The translations under genes and the position numbers were made by a program. The notes under the pieces were generated by a model. The model searched no databases. It had not been told where the DNA came from and saw only the letters and a list, made by a program, of their open reading frames with translations. Shown here piece by piece: positions 59,109 through 64,000 of a DNA stretch of 64,000 bases (position 1 is the stretch's first letter; each line of letters starts with the position of its first letter). The DNA comes from an uncultured delta proteobacterium (GTDB lineage: Bacteria; Desulfobacterota; BSN033; UBA1163). Where the stretch lies: NCBI GenBank assembly GCA_963708295.1, contig CAVPSJ010000015.1:256001-320000 (forward strand). Reading direction: 5' to 3'.

Positions 59109-59966
59109 TCAACGGCCCCGTTTTTTTAGAGTCTCCTTCAGCTTGGGAAGCTCTCCGTCAACCATATTATAGGTATGTTGAGTTTCCGGGAACCGGCGGG
59201 CCCGCACGTCGTTTGCATAGGCCGAAAGGGCCTTTAGCGTTTCTTCTCCAAGGCTTGCATATTTCTTGACGAATTTTGGAGTGAACGCCTGGAAGATGCC
59301 GAGGATGTCGCTCACAATCATCAATTGACCGTCTGCATCTATCCCGGCCCCGATGCTATACACGGGAATGGTCAACTCATCTCGAATGATTTTACAGACC
59401 TCCGGCGGAACGGCCTCTACCAGGAGAGAGTAAGCTCCTGCCGTCTGGATCGCTTTGGCATCCTCGATCAACTCCAGGGCGGTCTCGGCCGTTCGTCCCT
59501 GGGCTTTGAACCCGCCCAGTTGGCCCGAACTCTGGGGTGTGAGACCGATGTGTCCCATGACCAGCATCCCGCCTTCTGCAATCGATTTGATCTGAGGGCA
59601 AACCCGCCGCCCCCCTTCGAGCTTGATCGCGTCGACCCGGGCCTCCTTGAAAAAGCGGCCTGCATTACGGACAGCCTCGTCACAGTTGACCTGATAGGAA
59701 AGAAAAGGCATGTCGCCGATGATAAAGGTATTGGGGGCGCCCCGGCGAACGGCCTCGGAGTGCCAGATACATTGATCCATGGTGACAGGAATGGTTCCTT
59801 CGTAACCATAGATACACATGCCGAGGGAGTCTCCCACAAGAATCATGTCCATGCCTGCCTGCTCTGCAAATTGGGCCGTCCAGTAATCGTACGATGTGAC
59901 CCAAACAGCCGTTTGGCCGGAATCCTTCATTTTCTGAAGATCAAGCCTGGTCAGTTTCTTTCTCAT
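59109..59966 (-). CDS. panB: 3-methyl-2-oxobutanoate hydroxymethyltransferase
   Basis: TSYD, ILVGDSLGM, GDMPFLSY, IKLEGG, MGHIGLTPQ, IGAG.DADGQ, PKFVKKY. Confidence 0.96.
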   Translation of the reverse strand: MRKKLTRLDLQKMKDSGQTAVWVTSYDYWTAQFAEQAGMDMILVGDSLGMCIYGYEGTIPVTMDQCIWHSEAVRRGAPNTFIIGDMPFLSYQVNCDEAVRNAGRFFKEARVDAIKLEGGRRVCPQIKSIAEGGMLVMGHIGLTPQSSGQLGGFKAQGRTAETALELIEDAKAIQTAGAYSLLVEAVPPEVCKIIRDELTIPVYSIGAGIDADGQLMIVSDILGIFQAFTPKFVKKYASLGEETLKALSAYANDVRARRFPETQHTYNMVDGELPKLKETLKKRGR

Positions 59967-60077
59967 TTTAATTCTCCTTCCATCGAGGGGTATATTGGAA
60001 TGAGGGATAGGCTTTCGCAGTGATGGTCTGGTGACGGTGGCTCAATTTTATAATTTATTGACTTTTGAGGGGGTAAT

Positions 60078-60122
60078 TGGTGGCGGTGCAGGGATTTGAA
60101 CCCCGGACACTGCGGATATGAG
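60078..60122 (-). mobile_element. 3' half of tRNA-Met(CAT): probable att site of an integrated element
   Basis: Minus strand CTCATATCCGCAGTGTCCGGGGTTCAAATCCCTGCACCGCCACCA; the D-arm and 5' acceptor strand are missing; IHF-like AATCAATAAGTTA at 60177-60189. Confidence 0.8.
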
Positions 60123-60244
60123 TTTGAACCCAGAGAATCGGCAAGATGGGAATAATATTAAAGAAAATTCTTTTCTAATCAATAAGTTATAAAATTTTCT
60201 CGCTTACTTTTTATTACCGTTTTTTACCTCAAAATACCCCATTT

Positions 60245-60640
60245 TTGCATCAGGATTACTGCAATATTACTGCAGGATGTCCGGGCTTGTCAATCCACTT
60301 TTCTTTCGAAATGGTGGCAACTTCCTTAACATTTGAAGCTCCCCATTTCTCCCTAACATTATTTGTATCTGGAAACCGCATGCTCAACCATGCTGCTCCA
60401 AACTACCAAAACTCCCATCCTTTAGTAATTACCCTCCGACTTTCCCTTTACCCTGAACGAACCTTGGGAGATCGTATCAGAAAATGGAGGTTGGAACAAG
60501 GGCTATTTCAGGTGGACTTGGCCAAGAGGATCGGGGTGAGTAAGATGACGATAGTTAATTGGGAGAAGGGGAGGACCAAACAAATCAAGCAAAACTTCGA
60601 GAGATTAGAGAAAATTTTGAAGGATTTTCGCTTCAAGTAA
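60245..60640 (+). CDS. XRE-family HTH protein (start uncertain, possibly a remnant)
   Basis: LGDRIRKWRLEQGLFQVDLAKRIGVSKMTIVNWEKG. Confidence 0.65.
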   Translation: MHQDYCNITAGCPGLSIHFSFEMVATSLTFEAPHFSLTLFVSGNRMLNHAAPNYQNSHPLVITLRLSLYPERTLGDRIRKWRLEQGLFQVDLAKRIGVSKMTIVNWEKGRTKQIKQNFERLEKILKDFRFK

Positions 60641-60764
60641 TTTTTGTACTTGACAATGTAGATCCAATTTTCTTACTATTCTCCCGTTTAATTCGCCAGG
60701 GCTGAAAGGTTTCCATAGCACTTAACAAGAACTCCAAATCAGGGAAACCATTCTGGAGGTGTAT

Positions 60765-61727
60765 ATGCAGGAAGTGGTTAATGGTCTCAAATCTATCTTC
60801 ATCGCCTGTGATGTTGTCCATCCGAAAGATAAGGTACTGGTGATAGCAGACGATGATGGCAAATCAATGTGGCTGGGATACCTGTGTCTGGGAACCATCA
60901 AAGCAATGGGTGCTGAAGCTAATCTTATCGTGATGGATCCACCGGAGCAGAGAGCTGCTGAACCGCCAATCACAGTGTCCGCCGCTATGAAAACAGTTAA
61001 CGTCTGTGTTCGGGTGTCCGATAAAGCCCCCCTCGTTCATACTACCGCCCGTAAAGAAGCAAGTGCCCTTGGTGTAAGATACTGTCCGATCGAGATACCT
61101 GTGGAAGAAATTAAAATGGGGGCTTCAGCTAAAAAAGTCAAACTTATTAAGCAGCGGACCGAAAAATTGGCGGAAATTCTGGGTAAATCTAAGACCGCCA
61201 GGATCACTACTCCGGAAGGAACAGACCTCACCGTAAGTATTGCCGGTCGCCCTCCTATTCCCCTCCACCCCTTAAGCCCTCTGGTAGCTGGTATTCCTGC
61301 CTATGCCGAAGCGGCCGTTGCCCCTATTGAAGGCACTGCCGAGGGGAGAATCGTGGTGGACATCGCCTTTATCGACTGGTGCTGTCTCCTCCGAGAGCCG
61401 ATGCATCTAACGGTCAAGAAAGGCAAGGTAGTAGACATAAAAGGTTACCAGCCGGAAGTGGAAAAAGTCTCCAAGGTGTTGGATACCTATGAAAATGCCG
61501 ACAACATCGGTGAACTGGGCATAGGCACCAGCCATACCATTCCCCTGCCCATTTACGGAATCCGAAGAGACGCCGCCAGAATCGGCACCGCCCATTTTGC
61601 CCTGGGCAGAAATAATGATATCGGTGGTAACACACTTAGCGAAATTCACTGGGATATGCTGATGAATCAGGCAACTGTGGAATTTGATTCCAAGGTGGTT
61701 CTGAAAGCTGGAAAGTTTTTAATTTAA
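60765..61727 (+). CDS. M29-like aminopeptidase / NicX-like metalloenzyme
   Basis: AEPP...AAM, ITTPEGTDL, PIEGTAEG, IGELGIG, GTAHFALG, IHWD. Confidence 0.8.
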   Translation: MQEVVNGLKSIFIACDVVHPKDKVLVIADDDGKSMWLGYLCLGTIKAMGAEANLIVMDPPEQRAAEPPITVSAAMKTVNVCVRVSDKAPLVHTTARKEASALGVRYCPIEIPVEEIKMGASAKKVKLIKQRTEKLAEILGKSKTARITTPEGTDLTVSIAGRPPIPLHPLSPLVAGIPAYAEAAVAPIEGTAEGRIVVDIAFIDWCCLLREPMHLTVKKGKVVDIKGYQPEVEKVSKVLDTYENADNIGELGIGTSHTIPLPIYGIRRDAARIGTAHFALGRNNDIGGNTLSEIHWDMLMNQATVEFDSKVVLKAGKFLI

Positions 61728-62159
61728 ACTTGGTTAAAAACTATCGCACTTGAGATTCTAAGCAGAGTCTGTCCATAAACTCACTTATTTTCTTGAAAAG
61801 ACTGGTAAGCTACGACGAAGTGGACGGGTTCACCAATGTTTGTGAAGCCATTCAGGCGAGGTTCGTTTCGTAAACCTCCGTTGAGATCGCGTCTGTGTGA
61901 GTTCTTTAGAGACCAATTCTGTAACGGTTGTTCGTCCCAGAGTTTAATCTTTAAGGCAATACTCTCAACTCGATAATCTTCAATTCCCAAGGTTCGTTGA
62001 CTCCAAGCATTAGTAAATATTGTCCTTGTCAAGCGAAATTTGGTTTATAGTTTGAATCAAATTTCTAACCAGATTTCAGGCCGAAGGTCGAAGAGCCGAA
62101 AAGAAAGGCTGCTTTATATCTATTTCAGTAAGACGATGCTTAAATTCGCAAAAAAATCC

Positions 62160-62206
62160 TTGACAAGAAAAACTAATCTTGATATATCGCATATCACATC
62201 TGATAT
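62160..62206 (+). promoter_or_regulatory. sigma70 promoter with downstream palindromic operator (possible GntR site)
   Basis: TTGACA-N17-TATATC followed by ATATCACATCTGATAT near-palindrome. Confidence 0.55.
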
Positions 62207-62503
62207 TTTGACTTGTTAACCAGCAGAAAAACTGAAAAACCTCTTAGATACGTTGTAAGACCAAGCCCACACTTTTGCCGAGTTGGGTGTGAATAGTAAC
62301 CACAAGATTCCAAAAAGATTGCCGGGTACCCTAATGGACGATGGATTGGAGGACTTGTTGGTGTTGGCCCCGGTCGGAATGATCATATCGATAGAAAATC
62401 CGCAACAGACGTTCATTTAGACTTACCCATCGCCTAGGCAACCCTTCTATTGAATGGGTGATCCATTCTTAAAGACGGCGCTCTTAAGATCTGAAGCGAA
62501 TAT

Positions 62504-63264
62504 ATGAAAAACGCTAAGAAAGTACTACAGAATTTTGATGACACCGGGGCGGTAGTTGCCCTAAAAAACATTTCCAAGACTATATTGAGGGATGAAACAT
62601 ACGCATCTCTGAAAAAAGCTATACTCACTGGCAAAATTGCTCAAGGCGAGAAGCTCACGATTAGAAAGCTCAGCGCACTAAGTGATTTTAGTCCCACGCC
62701 CATTCGAGAAGCTCTTCTTAAACTCGAGCAAGACGGTGTTGTAACTCGTGCTTCGAGCGGACAATTTTTTGTGCGCCGGTTTTCAGAAAAAGAGGTGGGG
62801 CAAATCTTCCAGCTGAGAATTCTCCTGGAGACCTATGGCGCAACCGAAGCCATGGGGTATGTGACAGAAAACGATATCATTTATCTGGAGGAAAATATAA
62901 AAGAATCCGAAATTGCTCTTGGACAAGGCCTCATCAGTGCTGTGAGTTTACTCAATACCGAGTTTCACAACTTCCTGACAGGCATCCCGAAGAACGAAAT
63001 ACTTCAAGATTTACTGCAAAGGATCAGTGATAAGATTTGGATCAACAGATCAACAGCTCTCTGGGCGTCAGGCAAAGCTGCAAAACCGCCATTATCCAGC
63101 ATAGGAAGATCGTCGAATCAATCAAGAACGGAATTGTCAAGGAACTGAAGCAAATTCTGAAAGAACATATTCTGACGGCACAACAGATTGTGATCGAGGA
63201 GACGGCAAAAAACGAAAGAACCTTGAAATCCTCCTATGAGCAGCGCGCTACTAAGAAAGAATAG
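62504..63264 (+). CDS. GntR (FCD) family regulator (frameshift near 63080)
   Basis: YASLKKAILTG, SPTPIREALLKLEQDG, LRILLE, NTEFH; second frame QHRKIVE...EHI. Confidence 0.85.
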
Positions 63265-63352
63265 GAGAACATACTCTGTTGAGGTTGGGCCGGGAAACGG
63301 AATTCTTGATGAAAATTTAATGCGATAAGAAGAGGTGGTAAAAGGTACAAAG

Positions 63353-64000
63353 ATGTCAAAAGAGCAGACATTCTGGAATTTAAAGAAAGAATCGGAACGA
63401 TGGGAAGGGATGAAATAAGAAGCCTCCAGATAAGCAAACTGCAGAAGCAATTGGTCTATAATTATGAGAATTCAACTTTCTACCGCCACAAATTCAAAGA
63501 AGCGGGTTTAGACCCAAGAAAAGTTCAGACACCCGAAGATCTCAGAAACTTACCTCTGACGACCAAGGAAGATCTTCAGGAGAATGCAGGAAGAATCAAT
63601 CGAAACCTTCGGTCACCCCTATGGGCCGACAGCGATCACCTGTGCGCCCATTGAGAAAGTCGTGAGGATCAATTCTACCTCCGGTACGACGGGCACGCCC
63701 ACGTTATATACCCTGACGCTGCACGATGTGGATATCGTCAACGAAGTTCATGCCAGAAGCTTCTGGATGGCGGGAATCAGGCCGGGCCATGTCATCCTCC
63801 AGGCCATGTCCCTGAGCATGTTCGTTGGAGGACTTCCCCTCTCCCAGATGGTTATGCATATGGGAGCATGCATTGTCCCCATTGGCGTGGAAGGGGGGAC
63901 GAAAAGGGTTCTCGATTTTATTCGACTTACTTCTCCCATGGCCATCTTTGCAACCCCATCCTTCGGGCAATATTTGATTGAGCAATCTCCTCAGTTGATT
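63353..64000 (+). CDS. Phenylacetate-CoA ligase family (PaaK-like); frameshifted; runs off the window
   Basis: YNYENSTFYRHKF, LPLTTKEDL; after shift RINSTSGTTGTP, AGIRPGH, ATPSF. Confidence 0.82.

Noticed and set aside
60078-60122. Functional tRNA-Met gene
   Set aside because: The 5' acceptor strand, D-arm and 5' anticodon stem are absent

Overview
Chromosomal window of a probable Deltaproteobacterium (Desulfobacterota-like; inferred from gene content and synteny, not from a search). The housekeeping core is tsaD-rsmA, clpB, tRNA-Val and thrS-infC-rpmI-rplT-pheS-pheT-ihfA-merR-tRNA-Pro. It is interleaved with three sigma54-promoter PEP-CTERM surface-protein genes plus a PrsT-like TPR lipoprotein, a mosaic of accessory enzymes and aromatic/alcohol catabolic genes, a TctBAC transporter cluster and panB. 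A 3' tRNA-Met fragment at about 60.1 kb marks the probable edge of an integrated island. The best candidate for an undescribed system is a compact seven-gene minus-strand operon (44.1-50.6 kb): ACP, two paralogous radical SAM enzymes, two catalytically intact ketosynthases, a hot-dog thioesterase and a stand-alone PKS-type dehydratase, with no ketoreductase. Also notable are two GEMM-I-like riboswitch candidates with the A20 (cGAMP-type) signature, a conserved promoter module in front of two unrelated GC-richer secreted-enzyme genes, and many heptamer repeats, REP-like hairpins and MITEs. Several genes, including essential thrS, carry single-base indels that are most likely sequencing errors.
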